Below, in pieces: positions 1 through 13,870 of a stretch of 64,000 nt of DNA (its first letter is position 1; the number at the start of each line of letters is the position of its first letter). The DNA is from Macrostomum lignano (lineage: Eukaryota). The notes under the pieces are model-generated. The model searched no databases. It had not been told where the DNA came from and saw nothing but the letters and a program-made list of their open reading frames with translations. A program made the position numbers and the translations under genes. Where the stretch lies: positions 1 to 64,000 of the forward strand of contig NIVC01002128.1 of assembly GCA_002269645.1 (NCBI GenBank). The letters run 5' to 3'.

Positions 1-3000
1 GAGATATGAGAGAGGAGAGAAAAGTGGAGAGATAAGAGAGAAAGATAGGAGAGTAGACAGGAGAGGGTACAGACGAAAGACGAGGGAGAAGAGAAAAATA
101 AGGAGTAGAGATGAGAAATGAGAGAGAAGAGATAAGCGAGAAGATCAGGAATAGAGGAGAGAGAGAGCGAGAGAAGGGAGAGAGGAGGGAGAAGAGAGAT
201 GAAAAGAATCAGAGATGAGAGAGATGAAAGTGTAGAGAGGAGTAATTAGTGAGGAGAAAGAATAGAGTAAAAATAAAAATCAGAGCGCAGGCGCAAGAGA
301 TGAGAGATGGGAGTTGATAGATTGTAGAGGATTTGGAGATGATTTGGAAGATGGGATTCAATTCATGGAATTTCAGCTGATAGGAGTTCTTCCCTTCAGA
401 ATTCCGGTGATGGGAGTTCTTCCCCTTTCTGCCTCCAGAGGAGGTTCCACTCGTATATACTAAAGTTGACGCGTTGTTTGTCTGTATGTCTGTGTGTCTG
501 TCATTTCGACAACTCCTCCTTGAATAGTGCCAACTCAGCGTTGAAAACTTATATGGGAGATTGGAAATTATCCGAGGTCGGCTATAGGCTATTTTAATTC
601 TGAGATTTTAATTTCTAAGATCCTCAAAAAAGCAGAAAACGGCGGTCTTGACCTTTGATAATCTTAATTGTCCCCTCTTTCTGCTTGGAGCTGAAAATTT
701 GCATGAATTTTTAGTGATTGCGCCACAACTTTTCCCTATCTCTGTAGTGTATTTTCTTTCCAGGGGCGGGTGGGGAGCGTTCTCAGTGGCTGCGTGTGTA
801 CACTTGGACCCTGGCTCACTGGCTGACTGTATAGATAATTGCGCAATGATATGGCTACTGATAAGTTTTCCTGCCTCTCAATGGGCAGCCCTGTGTATTT
901 GTTGGACATTGAAATTCAATGCATCAACTTGCAAGCAGGCAGTGAACGTACACTCCATACTTCAATGCTATAAATCAGACAGTTTCAAACGCTAACTGTT
1001 CCTCGAGTTTTAAACTTTGAGAAGAGAAACTTATATTGCTGGAAAGATCTTGCAACGCTGAGTTCGGGGATATAAGTTGTTTGCTTTAAATATGAAAAGA
1101 AAAAGCACAGCATTTGAAAAACTATTTCCATACTTTTAACTTTTTGCAAATATTGTACTCAGTTTTGCGAGACGAAATAGATAAAGTTGGGGGGAGGGTT
1201 CAACTTCTCACTACTGCTGTGGATTGGAGGGTTGATTTATATTGCGCAATGTTTTTGTTAACTTTAACTGAGACTGATAATGACTGACTGTGAAATCGGT
1301 TGCGACATCAATTTGTTTCATTATCTGTGCCTTTTAATAGGCTGCCCTGTGTAATAGCCGGCCTGTGTAATGAATGAATAAACTTGCGAGCCTCTTTGGC
1401 AGGCAGTGAACGTACACTCGATATTTCAATGCTTTAAAACGGGAACTTTCAAACGCTAACTGCTCTTCGAGTTCTAAACTTTAAGAGAAGAGACTTATAC
1501 TGCTGAAAAGATCTTGCAACGCTGAGTTCGAGGATATAAATTGTTTGCTTTAAATATAAAGACTAAAAGCACAGCATACAAAAACTATTTCCATACTTTT
1601 AGCTTTCTGCAAAGATTGTACTCATTTTTAGTTCAATGCCCCAACACCCGGGTTCAATTTCTAACTGCCACTGCGTATTGAAAAGGGGCCGGTCTCTGTG
1701 TACTGGAGGGTTGATTTAAATTGCGCAATCTTTTTGTTCACTTTACCTGAGACTGATACTGACTGACTTTGAAATCGGTTGCGCAATCAATTGATTCAAT
1801 TGGCTCAATTTTTTATTTAAACACGCAGCTGTGTGTAGCTCTAACCCTAACCCTAACCCTAACAATAACCCTAACCAATGAATCCTAATATTTTATTCTT
1901 TTTGACGGAGAAAATTTCGATTGAGTCCAGTTTAAAAGAGATAATTTCGATGGTTTTCAGTTTCACGGAAAGGATTTCGAAGGAGTCCAGTTTCACGGAG
2001 AAGATTTCGATGGTTTTCAGTTGCACGGACAGGATTTCTGCTTCGCGGAGAGGATCTTGATGGATTTGGCATCTTCAATCAGTCAGAGAAAAGAGTAAAG
2101 AGAAGAATGAAAGCAGAAGAGAGATGAGATGATAGAAAACAGAGTAGAAATAAGTGGAGATATTAGACATGACAGATTGGAGAGAAGAGGGGATTTAGGC
2201 GGGAACGAAGAGGGAGAGAGAAGAAAAGAGGAGAGAGGAGAGAAAATAGATTAGGGATAAGAGCGTACAGAGAAAATAGAAGAGAGGGGAGAGTAGAGGA
2301 GAAAGAAAGAGTGAGATGAGGGGATGAGGGATGAGAGAGGAGGGGAGACAGGAGAGACAAGAAAGGAGAAAAGAGGGGAGAAAGGAGAAAGGAGACAGTA
2401 GAGACGAAGGACCAGTTAGAAGATATAAATACGGTAGTAGAGATGAGAGGAGAGATAGGAGAGAGAAGCGAGAGAAGAAGCGAGAGGAGAAGAGAAAGAG
2501 GAGAGAGGAGAGAGATGAAATAGATAAGAGAGTTAAGAGAGGAAAGTAGTGAGGAGAGGAGAGATGAGAGATGCGATGATAAGAGATGAGTGAGAACATA
2601 AGAGAGAAGAGAGAAGAGATTAGAGAAGAGAGGGGAGAAGATAAAAGGAGCAAGGGGAGGAGAAAAGAGAGAATGGAGAGGATAGAAAAGAGAGAAGAGA
2701 AGAGACAGGGAAAAGTGGAAAGGAGGAAAGAAAGATTGGAGACAAGTAAGTGGAGTGTGAGAGCGTATATGAGATATGAGAAATGAGAGCAGAGAGGAAA
2801 GAAAAGAGAAGAGAGAGAGGGTTAAGAGAGACGATAGATAAGTGAATAGGGATGACATATAAAAGAGGAGAGAAGAGGGAGAGATAAGAGAGAAGAGAGA
2901 AGACAGGAGACAGAAGTGAAGAGGAGAGATATGAGAGAAGAGAGGAGACAAGAGACAGGAGAGGGTACAGACGAAAGACGAGGGAGAAAACATAAATAAG

Positions 3001-5533
3001 GGAGTACGGGTAGAGATGAGATGAGAGAGAGGAGAGAGAAGAGAGTCACGATAATAGCAAAGAGAGGAGAGAGGAGATATCAGAGACGTGAGAGTCTTTG
3101 AGCCATGGTCTTTGAAAGGTTTTGTAAAGAATTTGGAAACGATTGGGAAAATAGGGTTCAAGAAATGCAATTTCAGTTGATGGATATTTCAGGGAATGGA
3201 ATTCCGGTGATGGGAGTTCTTCCCCTTTCTCCTCCGAAGGAGGAGTTCCACTCTATATACTAAAGTTGACGTGTTGTTTGTCTGTCTGTCTGTGTGTGTG
3301 TGTGTGTGTGTGTCATTTCGACAACTCCTCCTTGAATAGTGGCAACTCAGCGTTGAAACTTATATGGGAAGATTGGAAATTATCCGAGGTCGGCTATAGG
3401 CTATTTTAATTCTGAAATTTTAATTTCTAAGATCCTCAAAAAAGCAGAAAACTTGAATCTTGACCTTTGATAATCTTAATTGTCCCCTCTTTCTGCTTGG
3501 AGCTGAAAAAATGCATGAATTTTTAGTGATTGCGCCACAACTTTTCCCTATCTCTGTAGTGTATTTTCTTTCCAGTGGGAGGTGGAGCGTTCTCAGTGGC
3601 TGCGTGTGTACACTTGGACCCTAGCTAACTGGCGGACAGTGAAATTCAATGCATCAACTTGCGAGCCTCTTTAGCAGGCAGTGAACGTACACTCGATATT
3701 TCAATGCTTTAAATCAAAAAGTTTCAAATGCTAACTGTTGCTCGATTTTTGAACTTTGAGAGGAGAGACTTATATTGCTGGAAAGGTCTTGCAACGCTGA
3801 GTTCAGGGATATAAGTTATTTGCTTTAACTGTAAAAATTAAAAGCACAGCATTCAAAAAACGATTTCATTACTTTTAATTTTAACTTGCTGCAAAGATTG
3901 TACTTATTTTTGCGATAGGTCAGAGATAAATTTGGGGGGTTCAATTGCTAATTGCCACTGCGTAGTGGAAGGCGGTCGGGCGCTGTGTATTAGACGGCTG
4001 ATTTAGATTGCGCAATGTTTTTGTTAACTTTAACTGAGACTGATAATGACTGACTGTGAAATCGGTTGCGCCATCAATTTGTTTTATTATCTGTGCCTTT
4101 CAATAGGCTGCCCTGTGTAGGAGCCGGCCTGTGTAATGAATGAACAAACTTGCGAGCCTCTTTGGCAGGCAGTGAACGTACACTCGATGGTTCAATGCTT
4201 TAAAACGGGAACTTTAAAACGCTAACTGCTCTTCGAGTTCTAAACTTTAAGAGAAGAGACTTATACTGCTGAAAAGATCTTGCAACACTGAGTTCGAGGA
4301 TATAAATTGTTTGCTTTAAATATAAAGACTAAAAGCACAGCATGAAAAAACTATTTCCATACTTTTAGCTTTCTGCAAAGATTGTACTCATTTTTTAATT
4401 CAATGCCCCCAACAGTTGGGGGTTCAATTTCTAACTGCCACTGCGTATTGAAAAGGGGTCGGTCTCTGTGTACTGGAGGGTTGATTTAAATTGCGCAATC
4501 TTTTTGTTAACTTTACCTGAGACTGATACTGACTGACTTTGAAATCGGTTGCGCAATCAATTGATTCAATTGGTTCAATTTTTTATTTAAACACGCAGCT
4601 GTGTGTAGCTCTAACCCTAACCCTAACCCTAACAATAACCCTAACCAATGAATCCTGATATTTTATTCTTTTTGACGGAGAAAATTTCGATTGAGTCCAG
4701 TTTTAAAGAGAGAATTTCGATGGTATTCAGTTTCACGAAGAGGATTTCGTTGGTTTTAAGTTGCACAGACAAGATTTCTGCTTCGCGGAGAGGATCTTGA
4801 TGGATTTGGCATCTTCAATCAGTCAGAGAAGAGAGTAAAGAGAATAATGAAAAAAGAAAAGAGATGAGATGATAGACAACAGAGTAGAAATGAGTGGAGA
4901 GATTAGACATGACAGATGGGAGAGAAGAGGGGAGTAAGGCGGGAACGAAGGAGAGAGGAGATGAGAGGGGCGATATGAGATAGCAAAGGGAGAAAAGAGA
5001 GATTATATGAGAGAGAATAGATGAGGGATAAGAGCATACAGAGGAAATAGAAGAGAGGGGAGAGTAGAGGCGAACGAAAGAGTGAGATGGGGGATGAGAA
5101 ATGAGAGAGGAGGGGAGAAAAAAGAGAGGAGAAAAGAGGGGAGAAAAGAGACAGGAGAGAGTACAGAAGAAAGACCAGGGAGAAGATATAAATAAGGTAG
5201 TAGAGATGAGAGGAGAGAGAGGAGAGAGAAGCGAAAGGAGAAGAAAGAGAGGAGAGAGGAGAGAGATGAAAGATCAGAGATAAGAGAGTGTAGAGAGGAA
5301 AGTAGTGAGGAGAGGAGAGATGACAGATGCGATAAAAAGAGATGAGTGAGAACATAAGAGAGAAGAGATTAGAGATTAGAGAAGAGAGGGGAGAAGATGA
5401 CAGGAGCAATGAAGAGGATAGAAAAGAGAGAAGAGAAGAGACAGGGGATAGTGGAAAGGAGGAAAGAAGGATGGGAGACAAGAAAGTAGAGTGTTAGAGC
5501 GTATATGAGATATGAGAAATGAGAGCAGAGAGG

Positions 5534-5567
<34 letters not shown>

Positions 5568-8500
5568 GGGGGTTAAGAGAGACGACAGATAAGTGAGTAG
5601 AGATGACATATGAGAGAGGAGAGAAGAAGGAGAGATAAGAGAGAAGAGAAGAGACAAGAGACAGAAGTGAAGAGGAGAGATATGAGACAAGAGAGGAGAC
5701 AAGAGACAGGAGAGGGTACAGACGAAAGACGAGGGAGAAAACATAAATAAGGAAGTAGGGGTAGAGATGAGATGAGAGTGAGGAGAAAGAAGAGAGTCAC
5801 TATAATAGCGAAGAGAGGAGATATGAGAGACATGAAAGTCTTTGAGCTATGGTCTTTGAAAGGTTTTGCAAAAAAATTGGAGAAGATTTGGAAGATAGGG
5901 TTCAAGACATGGAATTTCAGTTGATGGATATTTCAGGAAATGGAATTCCGGTGATGGAAGTTCTTCCCCTTTCTCCTCCGAAGGAGGAGTTCCACTCGTC
6001 TATATATACTAAAGTTGACGTGTTGTTTGTCTGTCTGTATGTCTGTCTGTCATTTCGACAACTCCTCCTTGAATAGTGCCAACTCAGCGTTGAAACTTAT
6101 ATGGGAAGATTGGAAATTATCCGAGGTCGGCTATAGGCTATTTTAATTCTGAAATTTTAATTTCTAAGATCCCCAAAAAAGCAGAAAACTGCTTTTTTAA
6201 CCCCCAATAACCTTCTTTTGCCACTCTGCCTGGGGCTGCAGCCAGTTTGTAAAAATAGCCACCCCAACCTCCGCCCGCGGGCCGCTGTGTATTGAGGGGT
6301 GGTGGGTGCGCGTGTTCTGCGTTCAATGCAAAAAAACCCCGCGTGTCGGGGGGTTGGGTTAAATTTAATGATTCCCTCGGAACGGGGGGGTTGGGCTTGG
6401 ACTGAGTGTACATAGCTGTTTTAAACAGATAGAACTGTGCCGAGATTCAATTGGTTTTATTATCGGCCCTGTGTATTAGCTGGGCAGTGAAATTCAATGA
6501 ACAAACTTGCGAGTCTGTCAGGCAAGCAGTCGGTAAATTTCAAACGCTAACTGTTCCTCGAGTTTTAAACTTTGAAAAGAGAAACTTATATTGCTGGAAA
6601 GATCTTGCAACGCTGAGTTCGGGGATATAAGTTGTTTGCTTAAAATATGAAAAGAAAAAGCACATCATTTAAAAAACGATTTCCATACTTTTAACTTGCT
6701 GCAAAGATTGTACTCAGTTTTGCGAGACGTAATAGATAAAGTTGGGGGAGGGTTTAACTTCTCACAGCTGCTGTGTATTGGAGGGTTGATTTAGATTGCG
6801 CAATGTTTTTGTTAACTTTAACTGAGACTGATACTGACTGACTGTGAAATCGGTTGCGCCATCAATTTGTTTTATTATCTGTGCCTTTCAATAGGCTGCC
6901 CTGTGTAATAGCCGGCCGGTGTAATTAATGAATAAACTTGCGAGCCTCTTTGGCAGGCAGTGAACGTACACTCGATATTTCAATGCTTTAAAACGGGAAC
7001 TTTCAAATGCTAACTGCTCTTCGAGTTCTAAACTTTAAGAGAAGAGACTTATACTGCTGAAAAGATCTTGCAACGCTGAGTTCAAGGATATAAATTGTTT
7101 GCTTTAAATATAAAGACTAAAAGCACAGCATAAAAAACTATTTCCATACTTTTAGCTTTCTGCAAAGATTGTACTCATTTTTAGTTCAATGCCCCCAACA
7201 GTTGGGGGTTCAATTTCTAACTGCCACTGCGTATTGAAAAGGGGTCGGTCTCTGTGTACTGGAGGGTTGATTTAAATTGCGCAATCTTTTTGTTAACTTT
7301 AACTGAGACTGATACTGACTGACTGAGAAATCGTTGCGCAATCAATTGATTCAATTGTTTCAATTTTTTTATTTGGACACGCAGCTGTGTGTAGCTCTAA
7401 CCCTAACCCTAACCCTAACAATAACCCTAACCAGTGAATCATGATATTTTATTCTTTTTGACGGAGAAAATTTCGATTGAGTCCAGTTTTAAAGAGAGAA
7501 TTTCGATGGTTTTCAGTTTCACGGACAGGATTTCTGTTTCGCGGAGAGGATTTCGATGGTTTTCAGTTGCACAGACTGCTTCGCGGAGAGGATCTTGATG
7601 GATTTGGCATCTTCAATCAGTTAGAGAAGAGAGTAAAGAGAAGAATGAAAAGAGAAGAGAGATAAGATGATAGACAACAGAGTAGAAATGAGTGGAGAGA
7701 TTAATCATGACAGATGGGAGAGAAAAGGGGAGTAAGGCGGGGACGAAGGAGAGAGAAGAGAAGAGGAGAGAGGAGATGAGAGGGAAGATATGAGATAGCA
7801 CACGGAGACAAGAGAGATGAGAGGAGAGAGAGGAGAGAGGAGAGAGATGAAAGATCAGAGATGAGAGAGTGTAGAGAGGAAAGTAGTGAGGAGAGGAGAG
7901 ATGAGAGATGCGATAAAAAGAGATGAGTGAGAACATAAGAGAGAAGAGATTAGAGATTAGAGAAGAGAGGGGAGAAGATGAAAGGAGCAAGGAGAGGAGA
8001 AAAGAGACAATGGAGAGGATAGAAAAGAGAGAAGAGAAGAGACAGGGGATAGTGGAAAGGAGGAAAGAAAGATGGGAGACAGGAAATTAGAGTGTGAGAG
8101 CGTATATGAGATATGAGAAATGAGAGCAGAGAGGAGAGAAAAGAGAATAGTGAGAGAGGGTTAAGAGAGACGATAGATAAGTGAGTAGAGATGACATATG
8201 AGAGAGGAGAGAAGAGGGAGAGATAAGAGAGAAGAGAGGAGACAGGAAACAGAAGTGAAGAGGAGAGATAGGATAGATGCGAGGAGACAAGAGACAGGAG
8301 AAGGTACAGACGAAAGACGAGGGAGAAGAGATAAATAAGGGAGTAGGGGTAGAGATGCGATGAGAGAGAGGAGAGAGAAGAGAGTCACGATAATAGCGAA
8401 TAGAAGAGAGAGGAGATATGAGAGACGTGAGAGTCTTTGAGCTATGGTCTTTCAAAGATTTTGTAAAGAATTTGGAGACGATTTGGAAGATGGGATTCAA

Positions 8501-8621
8501 GTGGAGTTTCAGCTGATGGATTTCAGGGAATGGAATTCCGGTGATGGGAGTTCTTCCCCTTTCTCCTCCGAAGGAGGAGTTCCACTCGTAAATACTAAAG
8601 TTGACGTGTTGTTTGTCTGTC

Positions 8622-8657
<36 letters not shown>

Positions 8658-10281
8658 ATTTCGACAACTCCTCCTTGAATAGTGGCAACTCAGAGTTGAA
8701 ACTTATATGGGAAGATTGGAAATTATCCGAGGTCGGCTATAGGCTATTTTAATTCTAAAATTTTAATTTCTAAGATCCTCAAAAAAGCAGAAAACTCGAA
8801 TCTTGACCTTTGATAATCTTATTTGTCCCCTCTTTCTGCTCGGAGCTGAAAATTTGCATGAATTTTAAGTGATTGCGCCATAAAATTTTGCTACCTTGGC
8901 AGTGTATTTTCTCTCCAGTGGGGGGATGGGGCGTTCTAAATGGCTGCATGTGTACAATCGGACCCTGGCTCACCGGCTGACTTTATAGACAATTGCGCAA
9001 AGATTTGTGTTCTAATTTTCAATAGGCAGCCCTGTGATTTTGTTGAACCTTGAAATTCAATGCATAAACTTGCGGGCCTCTTTAGCAGGCAGTGAACGTA
9101 CAACTGATATTTCAATGCTTTAAATCAGAAAGTTTCAAACGCAAACTGTTGCTCGAGTTTTTAACTTTGAGAGAAAAAATTAATATTGCTGGAAAGAACT
9201 TGCAAAGCTGATTTCAGGGATATAAATTGTTTGCTTTAAATATGAAAAGAAAAAGCACAGCATTGAAAAAACTATTTCCATACTTTTAACTTTCTGCAAA
9301 AATTGTACTCAGTTTTGCGAGACGTAATAGATAAATTTGGGGGGAGAGTTCAACTTCTCACTGCTGCTGTGTATTGGAGGGTTGATTTAGATTGCGCAAT
9401 GTTTTTGTTAACTTTAACTGAGACTGATACTGACTGACTGTGAAATCGGTTGCGCCATCAATTTGTTTTATTATCTGTGCCTTTCAATAGGCTGCCCTGT
9501 GTAATAGCCGGCCGGTGTAATTAATGAATAAACTTGCGAGCCTCTTTGGCAGGCAGTGAACGTACACTCGATATTTCAATGCTTTAAAACGGGAACTTTC
9601 AAATGCTAACTGCTCTTCGAGTTCTAAACTTTAAGAGAAGAGACTTATACTACTGAAAAGATCTTGCAACGCTGAGTTCAAGGATATAAATTGTTTGCTT
9701 TAAATATAAAGACTAAAAGCACAGCATAAAAAAACTATTTCCATACTTTTAGCTTTCTGCAAAGATTGTACTCATTTTTAGTTCAATGCCCCCAACAGTT
9801 GGGGGTTCAATTTCTAACTGCCACTGCGTATTGAAAAGGGGTCGGTCTCTGTGTACTGGAGGGTTGATTTAAATTGCGCAATCTTTTTGTTAACTTTAAC
9901 TGAGACTGATACTGACTGACTGAGAAATCGGTTGCGCAATCAATTGATTCAATTGGTTCAATGTTTTATTATCGGTGCCTTTTAGCACGCAGCTCTGTGA
10001 AGCTCCAACCCTAACCCTAACCCTAACCCTAACCACTGAATCCTGAGAGTTCAGTTGTTTGACGGAGAAACTTTCGATTGAGTCCTTTTTCATGGAGAGG
10101 ATTTCTGTTTCGTGGAGAGGATTTCGATGGTGTTCAGTTTCATGGAGAGGATTTTGATGGTTTTGGAGAACAGTTAGATGATGATATTCGGGTCTTGGGA
10201 TCTAGCTGATGGAGTTCAGGGAATGGAATTCCGGTGATGGGAGTTCTTCCCCTTTCTCCTCCATCGGAGGAGTTGGCCTCG
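1..10281 (+). mobile_element. Head-to-tail array of a non-autonomous Helitron-like element (units <1-453, 454-3251, 3252-5998, 5999-8588, 8589-10281)
   Basis: Units start (TC)TATATACTAAAGTTGAC followed by a (TGTC)/(TG) microsatellite. They end in a CTCCTCC-nnn-GGAGGAG hairpin about 8 nt before CTCG (missing G at the 3251 junction). The last unit ends CTCG|T at 10281 against unique sequence. Period is 2.6-2.8 kb, and the last unit lacks the GA-rich block. Confidence 0.7.
1842..1877 (+). repeat. Interstitial telomere-like (TAACCC)n tract, one per array unit (also ~4611, ~7397, ~10007)
   Basis: ctaaccctaaccctaaccctaacaataaccctaacc recurs at the same position in each unit. Confidence 0.9.
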
Positions 10282-10789
10282 TTAAGAATAAGTTGGATGG
10301 TTAGGCAGAGAGAGGAGCAAGTGCCGGCGTACTCAAACTCAAATAACAATTTAGCGACATGTACTACGAATTGACAACTGCGTCACCAAGGATCCTTTAC
10401 GAGAATAGAACCTGTCCAAAGTGCCATCTGGGGATAGAAAGTAGTTTACTTGCTGTTCAAGCGTAGTTAGAAGTTTCAGTGTGCTCCATGTGATAAATTT
10501 GAACTGGAATCTCAGATGAAAATTTTTCGTATTTCAAAATCCCTTATGCAGAGGATAAAATATTTCATCTTATGACTAAAAAGATAGTTTAACGAGTCCG
10601 GTTAGCAAAGGAGGCGAGTTTACGGTACTACGCGCTCGTAGTACATATTAGTATTAGATGTTCAGCGGCTCCTGTCAGGCCCTTTCTAGTACAGTAAAAT
10701 AAATAGTTATTATTATTGTTATATCTTATCATTCAACCGTTAGAATATTAATTATACTCAGCAACATCGAAAAGTCGCCATCACAAAAG

Positions 10790-11040
10790 ATTCCGTCTGT
10801 GGTTGCCACTTTTGAGAGTGCAGGTAAAGTCTCAATCTTTGCTAGTGACGCAACTTAGCTACCCCCGCGGCAGACATGAGTCTAGGGATGAAGTGGAGGA
10901 GCGGTGTGCGAGAGTTGGACGGATTAAAGCTACCCGATCAGTTTTCTCGCATCTTTTATTTCAGAATTGTCCAAGAGAAATTGCTCACTGGCGCACAGAC
11001 TTTTCAATGTTGTTGAGTATATATGGTAATAATATTTAAA
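10790..11040 (+). repeat. Dispersed repeat, second copy at ~29633-29870
   Basis: Shared agattccgtctgtgg.tgccacttt..gagtgcag...aaattgctcactggcgca..gactt. Confidence 0.7.
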
Positions 11041-11222
11041 AAGTACGAAATGAGAAACAATTTGAAACGGCCTTTGAAAATGCACATACTTGCTTAGAAG
11101 GAAGATAGAAATTTACCATTTGCATCCAAATTAGCACAATATTGAGTGTAGCGTCTCTCTACATGTCAGTCCTGGTTGGAAGTTTTTTCCTCTGTACAGA
11201 AATATTTCATTTCCTTTTACAG

Positions 11223-11567
11223 ATTGTTATGGCTCTGAAAACGTAACAGCAACGAAAACGGGAGGTGTAATAAAGAGTCACAACGATTTTGGTTCAAGTC
11301 CTTATTTAAACAACATGGACTGCTACTGGCACGTAAGCGTTCCTGTCGGACAGAGAATTGCCTTTCGTTTTACCCATCTTAATACAACCACAAATGATAC
11401 AGTGACAGTGTTTGATGGTTCGAACGGTTCAGCAGTTCTTCTAAGTACTTCTGGCAGTTTTAACGGCGTTATTGTATCCTCAGCAAACACGGCCACTGTG
11501 TGGTTTAAAAAGAACAGTGTCCATAGAGGATATGGCTTCGCACTGTGGCTTCAAGAAGTTGACAACG
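11223..11567 (+). CDS. CUB-receptor gene 1, CUB exon A (first exon seen; 5' part not identified)
   Basis: ttttacAG acceptor and GTAAGC donor; 345 nt, phase 1-1; DCYGSENV...YLNNMDCYWHVSVPVGQRIAFRF...VFDG...GYGF. Confidence 0.9.
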
Positions 11568-12257
11568 GTAAGCAAAGCCTTAAGTTACTCAATACAAGCT
11601 GTTTTTGAGCTGCGGGTTATTCGAACTGAATTCTAACCCCGGGAGCTACGAGCGTATTTTTGCATGCAGTCTGAAATCTGAAGTCATACTCAAACAAAAA
11701 CTTACTTGATAACGATTGCTGTCCCAGATAGAGAGGCTTTGAGAGCCGCAGGCTTTGAGAGCCGCAGCCGCAGGCTGCTGATGCCATGATCTTGTCTGTG
11801 GGGTTGAAGGCTTCTATTCTCGAACTGGTCTGTGCTACCTGGTCTGAGCTACCTGTGTTGTCTGATTCCTGTGATGCTCTTGCAACACGCAAAGGACTAA
11901 GTTCATTAGCTTTTAGGAGGCATTTAATTTCTAAGTGGTTTTAAGTAAAACTTAGTTTTAAAATTTCTATTTTGTGTCACTTAGTAAGAAGGATTATATC
12001 GCCTTTTCATAGACTTTTCGCTTTTACAAGCTATGGTTTTTAAACCACATGAATGAGCAGATGCTCAAACTCATAAAAATATTAAGTCAACATGAATAAA
12101 CAGAGTATCAACTCTTGAGCAAAAAAGTCTTAAGAAAGTTATTTGTGTTCGACAAAGAAGCATAGCAACACCATACACAAGATAAGCCACTTTGCACTGA
12201 ATAACCACTTTCTAATAATATTTGGTGTACTAAAACTTAATTACTGTCTGCTTTCAG

Positions 12258-12638
12258 GTGTAAATAATATATGCGGAAGGATCATTTTTACAAATTTATC
12301 AAACGGAGTCATCGAGAGCCACAAAGGCTACAATGCCACCAGCATGTCCGCATACGCACCCAATTTAGCCTGCCTGTGGACACTGCCCAAACGCCCTGGA
12401 TTCTACATCTATCTCTTTATCGAAACCTTCTATCTTAGCATGGGGGACTGCCTAAAAATTGTAACGAAGCCATCCTCAACTGGAAATGATCCTGGCAGTG
12501 ATGAAGATTTGCAGTATTGCAGTACCTATTTCGGCCGAAACGTACACTGGGTGACAACAGGAGACGCGCAGATTTCGTTTACAACCGACAATCTTTATGA
12601 CTCAATCGGCTTCTCTATTCAGTTTTACTACGAACAAG
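12258..12638 (+). CDS. Gene 1, CUB exon B
   Basis: ctttcAG...GTttgg; 381 nt, phase 1-1; ICGRII...YAPNLACLWTLP...GDCLKI...SIGFSIQFYY. Confidence 0.9.
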
Positions 12639-12725
12639 GTTTGGAGAATTTTTCAAATTCACAACTAAAAGTTAAAATACATGGAGAAAGTTTTCTTTAC
12701 TTTTAAACCATGGATTCATTTTTAG

Positions 12726-13064
12726 CTTGCCCAAGCGTTCAGAAATGGGACTCCGACAACGGTGAAGTAGTTACTCACACCAACGCTGGAAAAACGCACT
12801 ACTTAAACAATATGACATGCGATTTGTTAATTTCTGTGTCGCCAGACAAAACAGTAATCGCCTGGTTTACTTTTAGCGACATGCATTCGTCCGACAGATT
12901 TGCAATATACGATGGTGTCAGCGGTTCACCATTTTACCATGGCTATTATCCTCCGACAGAGACGGCAGTCCGGTCCATCACAAGCATCATGAGGTTCAGA
13001 TTCACAACTGATGCCTCTAAACATTCCTACGGCTTACGAATGCGATACAGCATTGCGGAGAACT
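12726..13064 (+). CDS. Gene 1, CUB exon C
   Basis: ttttAG...GTAAGT; 339 nt, phase 1-1; ACPSVQ...YLNNMTCDLLI...IYDG...FTTDASKHSYGLRMRY. Confidence 0.9.
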
Positions 13065-13145
13065 GTAAGTGACCGTTCATTCAGAGGATTAGGGGACATA
13101 CAAGAGATCATGAATAAGAAACTCAATCCTTCATTCGGTTTCCAG

Positions 13146-13511
13146 TCTGCTACCATCGAAAAGTTCTTCAAGCCAGACAAGGCGAGTTTTTCGACCACAA
13201 CAACTCATCATCTCCTAATTATCTGAAACGTTTGTTTTGTGAATGGATCATTATCGCGCCACTGGGATACAGTGTAGTGGCTCAGTTTACATCATTCAGC
13301 CTCTGCTCCATTGACAGTGTCGCGATGTATGATGGACTTCACCGAATCCACTCACCGACAATCGCAAGTTTCAGCGGAAGATTCAAGCTTAATTCTGTCA
13401 AGTCAAGAATTATCGTTTCAAAGTCAAATACGATGCTTGTATATTTTACTGTGAGTGGACCGAGTACAACATGCTCTGGCTTCGGGCTGAAGTACAACAC
13501 CACCGAAAAAT
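13146..13511 (+). CDS. Gene 1, CUB exon D
   Basis: ttccAG...GTAAGC; 366 nt, phase 1-1; FCYHRKVL...FCEWIIIAPLGYSVVAQF...MYDG...GFGLKY. Confidence 0.9.
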
Positions 13512-13587
13512 GTAAGCAGAGCTTTAAAGTGTCACCTATTAATTTTAATAACTGTTGTGTAGCCGCTAAAACTATCGTTTAGACAGT

Positions 13588-13870
13588 ACAAGCTGTTGAA
13601 ACCCGCGGATTTTTAACCCGGGGAATTCCAATCCCCGGAAATATTTTTGCATGTATTCTTAAATATGAGGTCAAACTCAAACAAAAACTTGTTAATAGTT
13701 AGGATGGAGTTAAACATAAAATAACTCTAAATAAACACAAATTCGTGTAAAATTAGGATTGGAGGCAAACATTGATATTGTTGGCTGGGGTGCTGCGCAG
13801 AATGTCAGGCAAACTCTGGCCTCTACCTCTGCCTCTCCCTATGTCCCTTGCATCCTTTGAAACTTCTATC
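13588..13870 (+). repeat. Dispersed intronic repeat module followed by a CT-rich tail (related copies ~11590-11720, 57474-57640, 58610-58900 minus, 60230-60370 minus)
   Basis: Shared aagctgttgaaacccgcgg...gggaattccaat...ttaggat sequence. Confidence 0.75.

Noticed and set aside
2163-8659. Leu/Ser/Phe-rich 'membrane protein' ORFs and Arg/Glu-rich ORFs (also 13772-14512, 19616-20300, 57943-60207)
   Set aside because: Translations of GA/CT low-complexity tracts.
1842-10035. True telomere or chromosome fusion site
   Set aside because: Only 3-5 units, at a fixed position within each repeat unit and all in one orientation.
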